A stretch of 64,000 bases of DNA from an uncultured Candidatus Rokubacteria bacterium. GTDB lineage: Bacteria; Methylomirabilota; Methylomirabilia; Rokubacteriales; DASRDR01. The translations under genes were made by a program, and so were the position numbers. Positions within the stretch are counted from its first letter, which is position 1. Every line of letters starts with the position of its first letter. Shown here piece after piece: positions 49,939 through 60,496 of this stretch. The stretch is from assembly GCA_963805625.1 (NCBI GenBank), contig CAWDVE010000017.1, positions 864,001-928,000 on the forward strand, given 5' to 3'. The notes below the pieces were generated by a model. It did not search any database, was not told the origin of the DNA, and worked only from the letters and a program-made list of their open reading frames with translations.

Positions 49939-50502
49939 ATGGACAGAAGATGGGGATGGCTTCGACTGCTGATCGCCGTTGCCGTCACGGGGCTCGCCGG
50001 GGGACCGGCTGTGGCCGCCGACCGGGAGATCCGGAGCGACCTCGACGTCCGCGCGCTTTACGAGCGCCTGAGCCCCGGCATGTCCTCTCAGGAGGTCGCG
50101 TCCCTGGCCGGAGGTCAGCTCGGGATGACGCCCGAGCCCGTGACGACCTGGCTCCTCTGGAGCCCGACGCCAGACGGGAAGGGCATGGCAGTTCTCCGGG
50201 CCGCTTTCCAGGATGCGCGCATCATTCGGCTGGAGTACGAGGCGTTCGGCGCCGAGTACCGCCGTCTCGTCAAGGGTGCGGATCCGTGGATCGAAATTGC
50301 CGGCGACGAGCTCGCGCGGATCTGGCGACAGTCCTGGCGGGTCGGCCGGGCGGCCGAAAGCTGCCAGCACGCCCTCGACGTCTACCATCACGTGGTCCAG
50401 GGGGCCCAGGAGCGTCTGACGTTCGAGGAGCAGCGGGAATGGGCTCGGGCCCTCCAGCTGCGCCAAGAGGCGGAGCGCCACCTCCTGTCAACGGGTCCCT
50501 AG
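49939..50502 (+). CDS. Secreted hypothetical protein
   Basis: AAGGAG RBS, signal ending AVA-A. Confidence 0.7.
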   Translation: MDRRWGWLRLLIAVAVTGLAGGPAVAADREIRSDLDVRALYERLSPGMSSQEVASLAGGQLGMTPEPVTTWLLWSPTPDGKGMAVLRAAFQDARIIRLEYEAFGAEYRRLVKGADPWIEIAGDELARIWRQSWRVGRAAESCQHALDVYHHVVQGAQERLTFEEQREWARALQLRQEAERHLLSTGP

Positions 50503-50512
50503 AGCCAGCGCC

Positions 50513-51661
50513 GTGAAGATCGCCGCGATCCGGCTGTACCTCGTGGAGTGCCGGCTGCCCGAGCCGCAGGGCAACGCGAACAGCTTCATCGACCGGCGCG
50601 CTGCCCTCCTCGTCGAGGTGAGGAGCGACGACGGCCTCGGCGGCTGGGGAGAGACCTGGCACTCGCCGTCCGCGGCTTGGACCATGATCGAGACGACGCT
50701 GGCGCCGGCCATCCTGGGTCAGGACCCGATGGAGTACCAGCGGCTCTGGGCCGCCATGCACGAGCGCTTGGGATACGAGCGCCAGGGCCCCGGCCTCATG
50801 GCACTGTCGGCCGTCGACATGGCGCTCTGGGACCTGCGCGGGCGCGCCCTGGGCCAGCCGATCTGCCGGCTGCTCGGCGGCCCGATCCGTACCCGTGTGC
50901 CGGCCTACGCGAGCGGGCCGTACCTGCGGCCGGGTCGCGACCCCTACCGCGCATACCGCCGCGAGGCCGAGCGCTACATCGCCCCCGGCTTCCGCGCCAT
51001 GAAGATGAAGATAGGCGTCGATCCCGCTGCGGACGGCCGCGCCGCGAGCGCCGTCCGGAAGGTCGTGGGCCCCGACATCATCTTGCTCGCCGACGCGAAC
51101 CAGGGCTACACGGTGCGGCCCGCGATCGAGGCGGGACGGCAGCTCGAGGCGGAGGGCTTCGCCTGGCTGGAGGAGCCGGTCGCGCCGGACGACGTCGAGG
51201 GGTACGCGCACGTGGCGGGAGCCCTCGGGCTCGCCGTCGTCGGAGGGGAGGCGCTCGGCGGCATCCGCGCGTTCCGGTCCTTCTTCGAGCGCAACGCCCT
51301 CGACGCCGCGCAGCCTGATCTCGCGATCGCCGGGGGCTTCACGGAAGTGGCGCGTGTCGCCGCCCTCGCCGCAGCCTGGGAAGTGCCGGTCGTCCCCCAC
51401 GTCTGGGGCACGGCGCTGAACCTCTACGCCTCACTCCAGCTCTGCGCGGTGCTGCCCGGATATCGGAGCCACACGTCCATGCCATACCCGTGGTTCGAGT
51501 ACGACCAGTCGCCCAACCCCTTGCGTGAGCTCTGGGGGGCTCCGGCCGTGGGGCCGGACGGAATGGTCGAGATCCCCCAGGGTCCGGGGCTGGGGATCGA
51601 GGTCGATCCGCAGGCGTTCGAGCCGTATCTCCTGCGTCGCGCCGAGGTCAGTCGCGACTGA
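50513..51661 (+). CDS. Mandelate racemase/muconate lactonizing enzyme family
   Basis: DMALWDL, KMKIG, DANQG, WLEEP, GGE, PHVW. Confidence 0.92.
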   Translation: MKIAAIRLYLVECRLPEPQGNANSFIDRRAALLVEVRSDDGLGGWGETWHSPSAAWTMIETTLAPAILGQDPMEYQRLWAAMHERLGYERQGPGLMALSAVDMALWDLRGRALGQPICRLLGGPIRTRVPAYASGPYLRPGRDPYRAYRREAERYIAPGFRAMKMKIGVDPAADGRAASAVRKVVGPDIILLADANQGYTVRPAIEAGRQLEAEGFAWLEEPVAPDDVEGYAHVAGALGLAVVGGEALGGIRAFRSFFERNALDAAQPDLAIAGGFTEVARVAALAAAWEVPVVPHVWGTALNLYASLQLCAVLPGYRSHTSMPYPWFEYDQSPNPLRELWGAPAVGPDGMVEIPQGPGLGIEVDPQAFEPYLLRRAEVSRD

Positions 51662-51703
51662 GGGCCCGAAGGGCGGCGACGAAGCGCTCGTCGCCCTCGG
51701 GCG

Positions 51704-52010
51704 TCACCAGGAGCGGGCGGCCGATCCGCGGGAGTGCACGGCGGCCTCGGCGATCTCGCGGGCCGGGATGGTCCGGACCCGCAGCGGCCACAGAATCTGG
51801 AGGCCGCCACCGTCCACCTCGAACGCGGTCGGCCGCCAGAAGTGGCACACCGCCGCGTAGAGCCCGAGGATCAAGGCCGACACCGTTACCGACACGGCCC
51901 CCGCCGGCCCGCGCCCTGGGAGGCGCCCAGGGCGAGCGCCAGGGCGGGGCGACCACGATCCACGGAGGAGGCGGATGTCCGCCGACATCGGCGCGAGCCC
52001 GAACCGGGTG
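51704..52010 (-). pseudogene. Frameshifted, truncated remnant of a bacterial PH-domain membrane protein
   Basis: FGLAPMS...ILGLYAAV..WRPTAFEV..L.I.WPLR..IP then premature end. Confidence 0.45.
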
Positions 52011-52254
52011 ACCCGACGGGCGCGACTCCCCGGAGCGCAAGAGAACCTCCCGCTTCTCGGGCGTCCAGCAGACGAGACTCCCGGCCCGCTCGACGTCAAG
52101 GCCGCGAGAGGCGCTCGCAACGGCTTGTCATCGACCCGGGGACCGGTCTACCATCCTTCCTTACCGAGGCGGTCGTCGAGGATGGACGACGGGATGACCC
52201 GGAGTACGCGCCTCGTCCTCGGCGCGCGGGAGACACTCACCAGGAGGGTCACGT

Positions 52255-53853
52255 ATGGCACGGGGCACATCAGGTTCGCGTCGAGGGATTGATCGGCGCA
52301 CGTTCCTGGGGGGAAGCCTGGCGCTCGGAGGAGGTCTCGCGGGTCTCGACCTCTCTAGAGCGCAGCTGGTCTCCGCCCAGACACCCAAGCGCGGAGGGAC
52401 GCTCACCGCCGCCGCCGAGATCGATCCGGTCGCCCTCGACCCCCACACCGGCTCGAATTTTTCTTCGGTCCAAGCCTACGACCACATCTACGAGAGCCTG
52501 ACGACGTACGACGAGAAGACCAACATCATCCCGTGCCTGGCCCAGAGCTGGGAGATCTCGAACGGCGGGAAGACCTACACGTTCAAGCTCCGCCCGAACG
52601 TGAAGTTCCACAACGGCCAGACGATGACGGCGGACGACGTCAAGTACAGCATCGACCGGGTCCTCGACCCGAAGACCGCCTCGCCGTGGGTGAGCTGGCT
52701 GAACGCGATCAAGGAGATCAAGGTCGTCGATCCCCTGACCGTCCAGATGAACCTCGACGCGCCCTATCCGCTGCTCGGCTCGTTCGCCGGCATGCGGGCG
52801 TCGGGGATCATGCCCAAGGGGTTCGCGGAGCAGGAAAACCTCAAGATCAAGGGCATCGGCACCGGGCCGTTCAAGCTGGTCGAGTACGTGCCACAGGACC
52901 GGATCGTCTACGCCCGGAATCCCGACTACTGGGACAAGGCGCTCCCGTACCTCGACGGGATGGTGTTCAAGGTCCTGACCGAGGAGAATGCCCGAATCGC
53001 CGCGCTCCGCGCCGGCCAGATCCAGTATGCGTTCCTCAACGCTCAGGGCGCGGCCCAGCTCGAGGGCGCGCCGGGGATCGCGGTCCAGAAGAGCCCGTAT
53101 GCGTGGGTGGTCCTTCACTACATCAACACGCGAAACAAGCCGCTGAACGACGCGCGCGTCCGGCGTGCCATGCGGATGGCGGTCGACACGAACGAGGTGA
53201 TCCAGAAGGCGGCGTACGGCGCCGCGGTGCCCTCCGGGCCCGTCCCCACGGGGTACGGCGACTGGTACCTCGACCCGAAGACGCTGCCCTACCTCAAGCC
53301 GGACGTCGAGGGCGCTAAGAAGCTCCTGGCCGAAGCCGGATATCCGAACGGCTTCAAGATCGAGATCAAGTGCTCGCCCCAGTATCCCGAGTTCGTCGCC
53401 TCGACGCTCGTGATCCAGGAGTCGCTCAAGAAGCTCAACATCGACGTCACCGCCACCCAGATGGAGTGGGGCGCGTTCGTGGCCGAGAACGCCAAGTCGA
53501 ACAACTCGTGTGGCAAGGAGGGCTCGGACATCTACGCCTCGGCCAACACGTTCCGCCCCGACCCGGACGGGTTCCTCTACTCCTATTTCCATTCGAAAGG
53601 CAACCTCAACAAGGGCGGGTGCGACACCCCCGACACGAAGCTCGACGCCTTGCTGGCGGAAGCGCGCCAGTCCACCAACCAGGCGGAGCGGCGCCGGCTC
53701 TACGAGGAAGCCCAGCGCATCGTGGTCCGGGACTGCCAGAACTGGTGGTGGTACGCGAAGTTCAACATTGAGGCGGTGTCGAGCAAGCTCCAGGGTTACT
53801 CCCAGTCGTTCACCGGCCGCCGGCTCTTCCTCAAGAAGGCCTGGCTGGCCTAG
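52255..53853 (+). CDS. Tat-exported family 5 ABC substrate-binding protein
   Basis: DRRTFL Tat motif, LDPH, VKFHNG, GTGPFK. Confidence 0.93.
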   Translation: MARGTSGSRRGIDRRTFLGGSLALGGGLAGLDLSRAQLVSAQTPKRGGTLTAAAEIDPVALDPHTGSNFSSVQAYDHIYESLTTYDEKTNIIPCLAQSWEISNGGKTYTFKLRPNVKFHNGQTMTADDVKYSIDRVLDPKTASPWVSWLNAIKEIKVVDPLTVQMNLDAPYPLLGSFAGMRASGIMPKGFAEQENLKIKGIGTGPFKLVEYVPQDRIVYARNPDYWDKALPYLDGMVFKVLTEENARIAALRAGQIQYAFLNAQGAAQLEGAPGIAVQKSPYAWVVLHYINTRNKPLNDARVRRAMRMAVDTNEVIQKAAYGAAVPSGPVPTGYGDWYLDPKTLPYLKPDVEGAKKLLAEAGYPNGFKIEIKCSPQYPEFVASTLVIQESLKKLNIDVTATQMEWGAFVAENAKSNNSCGKEGSDIYASANTFRPDPDGFLYSYFHSKGNLNKGGCDTPDTKLDALLAEARQSTNQAERRRLYEEAQRIVVRDCQNWWWYAKFNIEAVSSKLQGYSQSFTGRRLFLKKAWLA

Positions 53854-53858
53854 TGAAT

Positions 53859-53883
53859 CGGAGGGGGGGCTTCACCCCCCTTC
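53859..53883. repeat. Intercistronic hairpin (REP-like or mRNA stabiliser)
   Basis: GGAGGGGGGG-CTTCA-CCCCCCTTC directly after the SBP stop. Confidence 0.5.
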
Positions 53884-54006
53884 TCGGGTCACCCGGCGCA
53901 CGTCGCGCTCGCGGGCGCGACGTGCGCCATCCTCGAGGGGGGCCGTCGGCCCGCGCGGTCCACAGGCCGTAGGACGCTCGAAGAGTCCCAGGAACGCTGA
54001 TCGGCG

Positions 54007-54954
54007 ATGCGATACCTCGCGCGGCGCGCGGTCTGGACCATCGTGGCCCTGCTCGGCGTGTCCGTGCTCATCTTCCTGCTCGTCCGACTCCTCCCCGGCA
54101 ACATCGTCGACATCATCGCGGGAACCGAGGGTCAGCTCAGTCGCGCGCAGCGCGCGGCCGTGCTCCGGGAATTCGGCCTCGACCGTCCGCTCCTGGTGCA
54201 GTACCTCCTGTGGCTCGGCAACATGCTCCAGGGCAACTTCGGCTGGTCGTTCCGCACCAGCCAGCCCGTCGCCGCGCTGATCGTGTCGCGGCTGCCGATC
54301 ACGATCGAGCTGGCCGTGCTCGCGATCCTGGGCGTCGCCTTAGTCGGGATCCCGCTCGGGGTGGCGGCGAGCGTGTCCCGGAGCCTCCGGGTGCGCACGC
54401 TGGTCCAGATCGTGGGCGTCCTCGGATTGTCCCTGCCGAACTTCTGGATCGCCATCCTGCTGATCATCGGCGCATCCTCGCTCTTCGGCTGGCTGCCGGC
54501 CCTCATCTACGTGACGCCGTGGGCGGATCCGTGGATGAACGTCCAGCAGATGTTCCTGCCCGTGCTGTCGCTGGCGCTCGGGCTCTCGGCGGTCGTCGTC
54601 CGCATGACCCGCTCGTCGATGCTGGAGGTCCTGGGACAGGACTTCATCCGGGTCGCTCGTGCCAAGGGACTGGCCACGCGGGCCGTCCTTCTGCGTCACG
54701 CGCTGCGGAACGCGCTGATCCCGATCGTCACGGTCCTCGGCCTCCAGACGGGGTTCCTCCTGGGCGGGGTGGTGATCACCGAGCAGATCTTCGGCCTGCC
54801 GGGGCTGGGATGGACCCTGCTGAACGGGGTGTACCAGCGCGATTACCCCGTGGTGCAGGGGACCGTGATGGTCTTCGCCGTCACCTTCGTTCTCGTCAAC
54901 CTCCTCGTGGACCTCCTGTACACGTACCTGGATCCGCGCATCCGCTATGAGTGA
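54007..54954 (+). CDS. Peptide/nickel ABC permease (DppB-like)
   Basis: RSSMLEVL.QDFIRVARAKGL. Confidence 0.93.
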   Translation: MRYLARRAVWTIVALLGVSVLIFLLVRLLPGNIVDIIAGTEGQLSRAQRAAVLREFGLDRPLLVQYLLWLGNMLQGNFGWSFRTSQPVAALIVSRLPITIELAVLAILGVALVGIPLGVAASVSRSLRVRTLVQIVGVLGLSLPNFWIAILLIIGASSLFGWLPALIYVTPWADPWMNVQQMFLPVLSLALGLSAVVVRMTRSSMLEVLGQDFIRVARAKGLATRAVLLRHALRNALIPIVTVLGLQTGFLLGGVVITEQIFGLPGLGWTLLNGVYQRDYPVVQGTVMVFAVTFVLVNLLVDLLYTYLDPRIRYE

Positions 54955-55846
54955 CGTCGGGGCCACGCCGGCTGTCGGTCCCTTGCCGCGTGGCCTCGAC
55001 GCGGCGCAGCTCGCCCGCGCCCGATTCCTACGCACGCTCGCGGGTACGCCGGTCGCCCTCATCGGCGCGGTACTGGTCGGCATCGTGGTGCTGGTGGCGC
55101 TGACGGCCCCGCTCATCGCGCCGTACAGCCCGGTCTCCCAGATCGCGAAGCCGTTGCTGCCGCCCGGGGCGACGCACCTCCTGGGCACCGACGAGTTCGG
55201 GCGCGACGAGCTGAGCCGTCTGATCTGGGGGGCGCGGGTGTCCCTCTACGTCGGCGGGCTGGCCGTCCTCATCGCGCTAGGGCTGGGGGCGTCGGCGGGC
55301 GTCCTGGCCGGCTTCTTCGGAGGCTGGCTGGACGACGTGATCATGCGGATCATGGACGTCGTGCTGTCGCTGCCGGCTCTGGTGCTGGCGATCGCCATCA
55401 CCAGCGTGCTCGGCCCGACGCTGACCAACGCGATGCTCGCCATCGGCCTTGTCTACGCGCCGACCTTCGCGCGGGTGGCGCGGGGACCGACCCTGACGGT
55501 CGTGCAGGTGCCCTTCATCGAGGCGGCCCGGTCGATCGGCGCCTCCAACGGGCGGATCATCGCGCGGCACGTCCTGCCGAACGTGGCGGCGCCCATCCTG
55601 GTCCAGATGACGGTGTCGTTCTCGACGGCCATCCTGACGGAAGCCGCCCTCTCCTTCCTCGGCCTCGGCACCCAGCCGCCGACGGCCTCGTGGGGGCTCA
55701 TGCTGAGCGCCGCCCGCCAGTACATGCTGATCGATCCCTGGATCGCCGTGCTGCCCGGCTGTGCCATCGCGGTGACGGTGCTCGGCTTCAACCTCCTCGG
55801 CGACGGCCTGCGCGACTTCCTGGACCCCCGGATGCGGACGCTCTGA
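54947..55846 (+). CDS. Peptide/nickel ABC permease (DppC-like)
   Basis: LGTDEFGRD, EAALSFLGLG, GDGLRD. Confidence 0.93.
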   Translation: MSDVGATPAVGPLPRGLDAAQLARARFLRTLAGTPVALIGAVLVGIVVLVALTAPLIAPYSPVSQIAKPLLPPGATHLLGTDEFGRDELSRLIWGARVSLYVGGLAVLIALGLGASAGVLAGFFGGWLDDVIMRIMDVVLSLPALVLAIAITSVLGPTLTNAMLAIGLVYAPTFARVARGPTLTVVQVPFIEAARSIGASNGRIIARHVLPNVAAPILVQMTVSFSTAILTEAALSFLGLGTQPPTASWGLMLSAARQYMLIDPWIAVLPGCAIAVTVLGFNLLGDGLRDFLDPRMRTL

Positions 55847-55894
55847 GCGGGCGGAGTCGACGCTCGCGCGGCTTCGGATTGGCCGCCGCCGACG

Positions 55895-57100
55895 TCAGTC
55901 AGGGGTCTTGGCGGACTCGGGGACTCGAACCCAGGGGACGAGGAGCCCGCACAGTCCGATCGTGGTCGCGCTGATGGCGATGAGCCAGCTGAGCCCGACC
56001 AGGTCGTAGAGCTGCCCGCCCAGCCACGCGGCCCCGGTCGTGCCGAGGTTGTTGACCGACATGAGCGCAGCGAAGAACGTCCCCTCCGCACGGCGGGGGA
56101 CCGCCCGGGCCGCCAAGTCAAGGGTGGCGAGCAGCGCCACCGCCGAGACGAAGCCGACGACGAGCGTCAGCACGACCGCCGACCACCAGCCCACCAGGCC
56201 GTAGTAGGCGAGGGTCCCCGCCACGCCGATCGCGACCGCGATGTACAGCAGCGTCTGCGGCGCGAGCCGCGTCGCATAGCGCCCGAAGACCATGGCGCCG
56301 AGCATCGCGGCGCCGCTCCCGAGGCTCGTCAGGATGCCGAGCTGGATCTTGGTGATCCCCAGCGCGTCCACCATGTGGTACTCGAGCGGCACGCCGAACG
56401 ATGGGGTGAAGTTCCAGAGGAAGATGAACGCCGCGGCCCGCCAGAGCGGCCCCGAGCGGATGCCCTCGCGGAGCGCAGCGAGCGTTTCCCGCACCGTGGC
56501 ACGGTCGAAGCGCGTCCAGGGCTCGTGCACGGCCCAGGTGGAGGCGGCGAACGAGAGTACCGGGAACAGCGCGACCAGCAGGAACGTTCGGCTGTAGGAG
56601 ACGTGGGCCGAGAGGTAGCCGCCGGCGATCCCCGCCAGGAGGCTGGCCCCGTAGATCGCCGTCCACTGGGTTGACTGGAAGCGGGCCGTGAGACCGCGCG
56701 CCTTGCCCTCCTCCACCATCACTGCGTCGCAGAGAACGTCCGTGAACGCGAGCCCCATGCCCGTCAGCCCGAGGGTCACGAGCGTGAGCCCCCACGGGTA
56801 CACGGGCAGCAAGCCCAGCACGAGCCAGCCCAGCGCCGCCAGCGCGGTGGTCACGAGGAGGTAGGACCGACGCCGGTACCCCAGGAGCGGGACCAGGTCC
56901 GACGTGAGGCCGTAGAGCGGCTTCACGTTCCAGGCGAACCCGATGAGCGCGAGGAACGTGGCCGTCTCGGCGGCGCTGAGCCGCATCTCCTCCTTGAGCA
57001 GGAAGAAGAGCGGCTGCGTCGCGAGCCCCGCCTTCGGCTCGGCGAGGCCCTGGACGGCGTAGACGGTGGCGAAGAAGACCAGGAGCCGACGGAGCGGCAC
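55895..57100 (-). CDS. MFS transporter, BT1 folate-biopterin-like
   Basis: WNVKPLYGL.SD..P..GYRRRSYL, DVLCDA.MVE. Confidence 0.85.
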   Translation of the reverse strand: MPLRRLLVFFATVYAVQGLAEPKAGLATQPLFFLLKEEMRLSAAETATFLALIGFAWNVKPLYGLTSDLVPLLGYRRRSYLLVTTALAALGWLVLGLLPVYPWGLTLVTLGLTGMGLAFTDVLCDAVMVEEGKARGLTARFQSTQWTAIYGASLLAGIAGGYLSAHVSYSRTFLLVALFPVLSFAASTWAVHEPWTRFDRATVRETLAALREGIRSGPLWRAAAFIFLWNFTPSFGVPLEYHMVDALGITKIQLGILTSLGSGAAMLGAMVFGRYATRLAPQTLLYIAVAIGVAGTLAYYGLVGWWSAVVLTLVVGFVSAVALLATLDLAARAVPRRAEGTFFAALMSVNNLGTTGAAWLGGQLYDLVGLSWLIAISATTIGLCGLLVPWVRVPESAKTPD

Positions 57101-57182
57101 GGGCTGCCCCGCGCCGGGCCCCGTCGAGGATGCCCCCCCGCCGCCGGAGCCGGGCGGCGCCGCCCGGCTCGCGCCTGGACCG

Positions 57183-57572
57183 CTATGGCTGGACGACGAG
57201 GTCGATCTCGACCAGCGCGCCGAGGGCGAGGCCGGTGACGCCGACGCAGGTCCGGCCGGGGAGCCGCCCCGGCGCGAAGTAGCTCGCGTAGACTGCGTTC
57301 ATCGCCGGGTAGTCGGCGAAGTTGACGAGGTAGACCCGCGCGAAAACGATGCGCGCCAGGCTCGTGCCCGCCCCGCTCAGGACCGCCTGGAGGTTCCGCA
57401 TCACCTGGTGGGTCTGCTCGGTGACGCCGCCGCCAATGAGCTCGCCCGTCGCGGGGTCGGCGGGCAGCTGTCCGGTGACGAAGAGGAAGTCCCCGGCGCG
57501 CACCGCGTGGCTGTACGGCGCCGTGGGCGGAGGCGGTGGGGCGCCCGGGACCATGAGGAACTCCAGGTCCAT
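57183..57572 (-). CDS. RidA family imine deaminase
   Basis: APYSHAV, TGQLP, MNAVYASYF, PGRTC, VEID. Confidence 0.9.
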   Translation of the reverse strand: MDLEFLMVPGAPPPPPTAPYSHAVRAGDFLFVTGQLPADPATGELIGGGVTEQTHQVMRNLQAVLSGAGTSLARIVFARVYLVNFADYPAMNAVYASYFAPGRLPGRTCVGVTGLALGALVEIDLVVQP

Positions 57573-57719
57573 GGCGTCACAGGATGGGCCGGCGCCCGCG
57601 GAGGTGTCAAGGCGCGCCGCGAGTGCGTCGTCGCTTGACTTCGACTGGGGCGTGGGCGAGAGTCGGGCGCGGCGCGCGGGGCCCGCTCGCGCGAGGCCGG
57701 TGACGTGAAAGGAGCGGCG

Positions 57720-58748
57720 ATGCGGCTGGGGCTCGGTCTGGGATATGCGGGGGCGCGCGTGCACGTCGACGTCCAGGCCGTGCAGGATGCGGAGCGTCTC
57801 GGCTACCACTCGGTCTGGACGGCGGAGGCCTACGGCTCGGACGCCGTGGTCCCTCTCGCTTGGATCGGCGCGCTGACCTACCGCATCCGCCTCGGCACCG
57901 CGATCCTCCAGATGGCGGCGCGCACGCCAGCCATGACCGCGATGACGGCGATGACGCTCGATGGGCTGTCGGGCGGGCGAGTGCTCCTCGGCCTCGGCGT
58001 GTCCGGCCCCCAGGTGGTCGAGGGCTGGCACGGGCAGCCGTTCGGGAAGCCCCTGGGCCGGACGCGCGAGTACGTGTCCATCGTGCGAGCCATCCTCGCG
58101 CGCCAGCGGCCGCTCGAGCACATGGGGCAGTATTACCAGATCCCGTATCGCGGGTCCGACGCGACCGGCCTCGGGAAACCGCTCCGGAGCATCGTGCATG
58201 CGCGCGCCGACCTCCCGATCTACCTCGCCGCGATCGGGCCGAAGAACGTCGCGCTCGCCGCGGAGATCGCCGACGGCTGGCTGCCCGTGTTCTTCTCGCC
58301 GGGGCGCGCCGGCCTCTTTCACCAGGCGCTCGCCGAGGGCTTCGCCCGGGCGGGCGTGTCGGGCAAGCGCGAGCGCTTCGACGTCGCCCCCATGGTGCCG
58401 GTGGTGGTGGGTCGCGATGTGGACGCCTGCCGCGCCCAGGTGAAGCCCCGCCTGGCGCTGTACGTGGGGGGCATGGGGGCGCGGGGACGGAACTTCTACT
58501 TCGACCTCGCCTGCCGCTACGGCTACGAGGAGGCGGCCACTCGCGTCCAGGGGCTATACCTGGCTGGCCGCCGGCCAGAGGCGGAGGCCGCGGTGCCGGA
58601 CGCGCTCGTCGACGAGGTCGCGCTCTGCGGCCCGCCGGAGCGAATCCGGGAGCGCCTCACGGCGTGGCGCGAGGCCGGGGTGACCACGCTCGTCTGTTCG
58701 ACAACCCAACCTGAGGCGATCCGCCTGATGGCGGAGCTGGTTCTCTGA
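57720..58748 (+). CDS. LLM-class F420-dependent-type oxidoreductase
   Basis: [30 protein letters not shown]. Confidence 0.9.
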   Translation: MRLGLGLGYAGARVHVDVQAVQDAERLGYHSVWTAEAYGSDAVVPLAWIGALTYRIRLGTAILQMAARTPAMTAMTAMTLDGLSGGRVLLGLGVSGPQVVEGWHGQPFGKPLGRTREYVSIVRAILARQRPLEHMGQYYQIPYRGSDATGLGKPLRSIVHARADLPIYLAAIGPKNVALAAEIADGWLPVFFSPGRAGLFHQALAEGFARAGVSGKRERFDVAPMVPVVVGRDVDACRAQVKPRLALYVGGMGARGRNFYFDLACRYGYEEAATRVQGLYLAGRRPEAEAAVPDALVDEVALCGPPERIRERLTAWREAGVTTLVCSTTQPEAIRLMAELVL

Positions 58749-58837
58749 CCGACCGGCCCGTCACGTCGGCGACGGGTTAGCTCCGCGGGCACCGAGCCGG
58801 GGCGAGACCCGGCTCGGGCGGAGCGCCCTCGGCTCGC

Positions 58838-59266
58838 TCAGAAGAGGCGGCGGGCCTCCTGGAAGTCCCGGTCCCCCTGCAGCTCCGCCGCCAGGGCCTC
58901 GAGTGATCCACGAGCTGACACCGTGTCGCCGCGGGCCGTGATCAGCTCGACCAGGACCTGCGCGCGCTCTCCCCACCCGCGGGCCTTCGCGGTGTAGCGC
59001 CAGGGATCCGGATGGGTGAGCTTGCTCCGCTGGATCTCGTCACGCAGGCGCTCGGCTTGCTCGCCGAGGGTGGGTCCGGCCGCGGGGGGCGCGGGCCGCG
59101 CCGTCGCGGCGGCCCGCTTCGGGGGCGCGGCCGCCGGGGCCTTGGCGGCGGTCTTCGTCGCGGCCTTCGCCGTCTTCGTGGGCCTGGCCGCGGGGCTCGA
59201 AGCCGCCTTGGCCGGTTTGCTCGCTGCCTTCTTCGTCACGGAGCGCTTCCCTGTCTTCTTCGCCAC
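58838..59266 (-). CDS. Hypothetical protein with Lys/Ala-rich histone H1-like N-terminus
   Basis: MAKKTGK...KKAASKPAKAA...; GGAGG RBS. Confidence 0.75.
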   Translation of the reverse strand: MAKKTGKRSVTKKAASKPAKAASSPAARPTKTAKAATKTAAKAPAAAPPKRAAATARPAPPAAGPTLGEQAERLRDEIQRSKLTHPDPWRYTAKARGWGERAQVLVELITARGDTVSARGSLEALAAELQGDRDFQEARRLF

Positions 59267-59287
59267 GGTCTTGTCGTCCTCCTCGCG

Positions 59288-60151
59288 TCACTTCGGTGGG
59301 GGATCGAGTCGGTCGCCGGATTTCCTCTCAGGGTCGGACAGCCCGACCAGAGGGCGCACCAGATGATACAGCGCAAACACCTCGAGAGCGAACGGCGGGA
59401 ACCCGAGATATCCGGCCAGAGGCATCTCGAAGAGCCGCAGCGAGGGGAAGACGGGGACGCCCACGTACCGCCACTTGGCCAGGGCCCAGTAGTTCCAGAA
59501 TTCCCAGAGAACGCCGCACACGATCCCGGCGACGAGCCACCGTCGGATGAACCGCCGGTCACCGGCACGCCAGGCGGCCAGGAAGGACGGCCGCCCCGCG
59601 TGCGCGTTCAGAGGGTCCAGGAGCAGTACGAAGCCGAGCCACACGAAGCCGAAGGTCCACGGCCGCACGGCAGCCGGGAGGAATAGCGGAACGGTGACGA
59701 AGGCGACGCCGACGGTCATTGCCAGGCGGAGTCCGACCGACAGGGGCACCGGCTCACGCGCCGTGGGCGGTGTGGGTAAAGACCCCGCCCCCAGCAGCGC
59801 GGCCGTCTCGAAGAGCGCGGGCCAGATCGTGGCGAAGGCCCAGGCGTACGCGACGGCGGCGACCCAGGGGGACTCGGGCACACCGAAATACGCCCAGTTC
59901 CGGAGGCGCGCGTTATAGCCTTCGAAGAGGAGCCAGAGCGGGATCGAGACGGTCGCCATGAGGGCGGCCTCCCGGGGCCTGTCGCGGAGTAGCGAGTGGC
60001 CGTCCCGCCGGAGGACCCAGGCATCCGCCAGCAGGATGTACGCCGTCCACATAATCGGTGTGTACCAGCGGGCCAGGGGGCCGATCTGCCACGGGAGCAG
60101 AGCCTGGTTCACGAGGAGGACGAACGCCCCGAGCCATCCGTGCCACGCCAT
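59288..60151 (-). CDS. Conserved Trp-rich membrane protein
   Basis: WLLFEGYN..L.NW.Y, WEFWNYWA..KW.Y, LFEMP..GYLGFPPF. Confidence 0.8.
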   Translation of the reverse strand: MAWHGWLGAFVLLVNQALLPWQIGPLARWYTPIMWTAYILLADAWVLRRDGHSLLRDRPREAALMATVSIPLWLLFEGYNARLRNWAYFGVPESPWVAAVAYAWAFATIWPALFETAALLGAGSLPTPPTAREPVPLSVGLRLAMTVGVAFVTVPLFLPAAVRPWTFGFVWLGFVLLLDPLNAHAGRPSFLAAWRAGDRRFIRRWLVAGIVCGVLWEFWNYWALAKWRYVGVPVFPSLRLFEMPLAGYLGFPPFALEVFALYHLVRPLVGLSDPERKSGDRLDPPPK

Positions 60152-60174
60152 CTCCTTCTCTATATACTCGGAAC

Positions 60175-60372
60175 GTGTCGATCCTGACGCGTCTCCTCCG
60201 CCGCCTGAACCTGCGCTTCCCTACCCTCTTCGCGCTCTTCGCGCTGCTGACCCTGCTCGATCTCGTCCTGCCGGATCCGCTCCCGCTGGTCGACGAGCTC
60301 GGGCTCGCGCTCCTCACGCTCCTGCTCGGTCTCTGGCGCGATCGGCGACCCCCGCCGGCACTGGGACGCTAG
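60175..60372 (+). CDS. DUF6116-like small membrane protein
   Basis: LRFP.LF...DLVLPDPLPLVDE. Confidence 0.72.
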   Translation: MSILTRLLRRLNLRFPTLFALFALLTLLDLVLPDPLPLVDELGLALLTLLLGLWRDRRPPPALGR

Positions 60373-60496
60373 CCCACGTGCGTCCGGCCCCGCGGAAGCG
60401 TGCCCAGGGCACCGGTGCCGGGTGCGTGAGGTTGACCCGCGGGGGCGCCCGGGTGGAAAATGGCGACCAGATTTCCCGGTTCGAAAGGGGGCGTGC

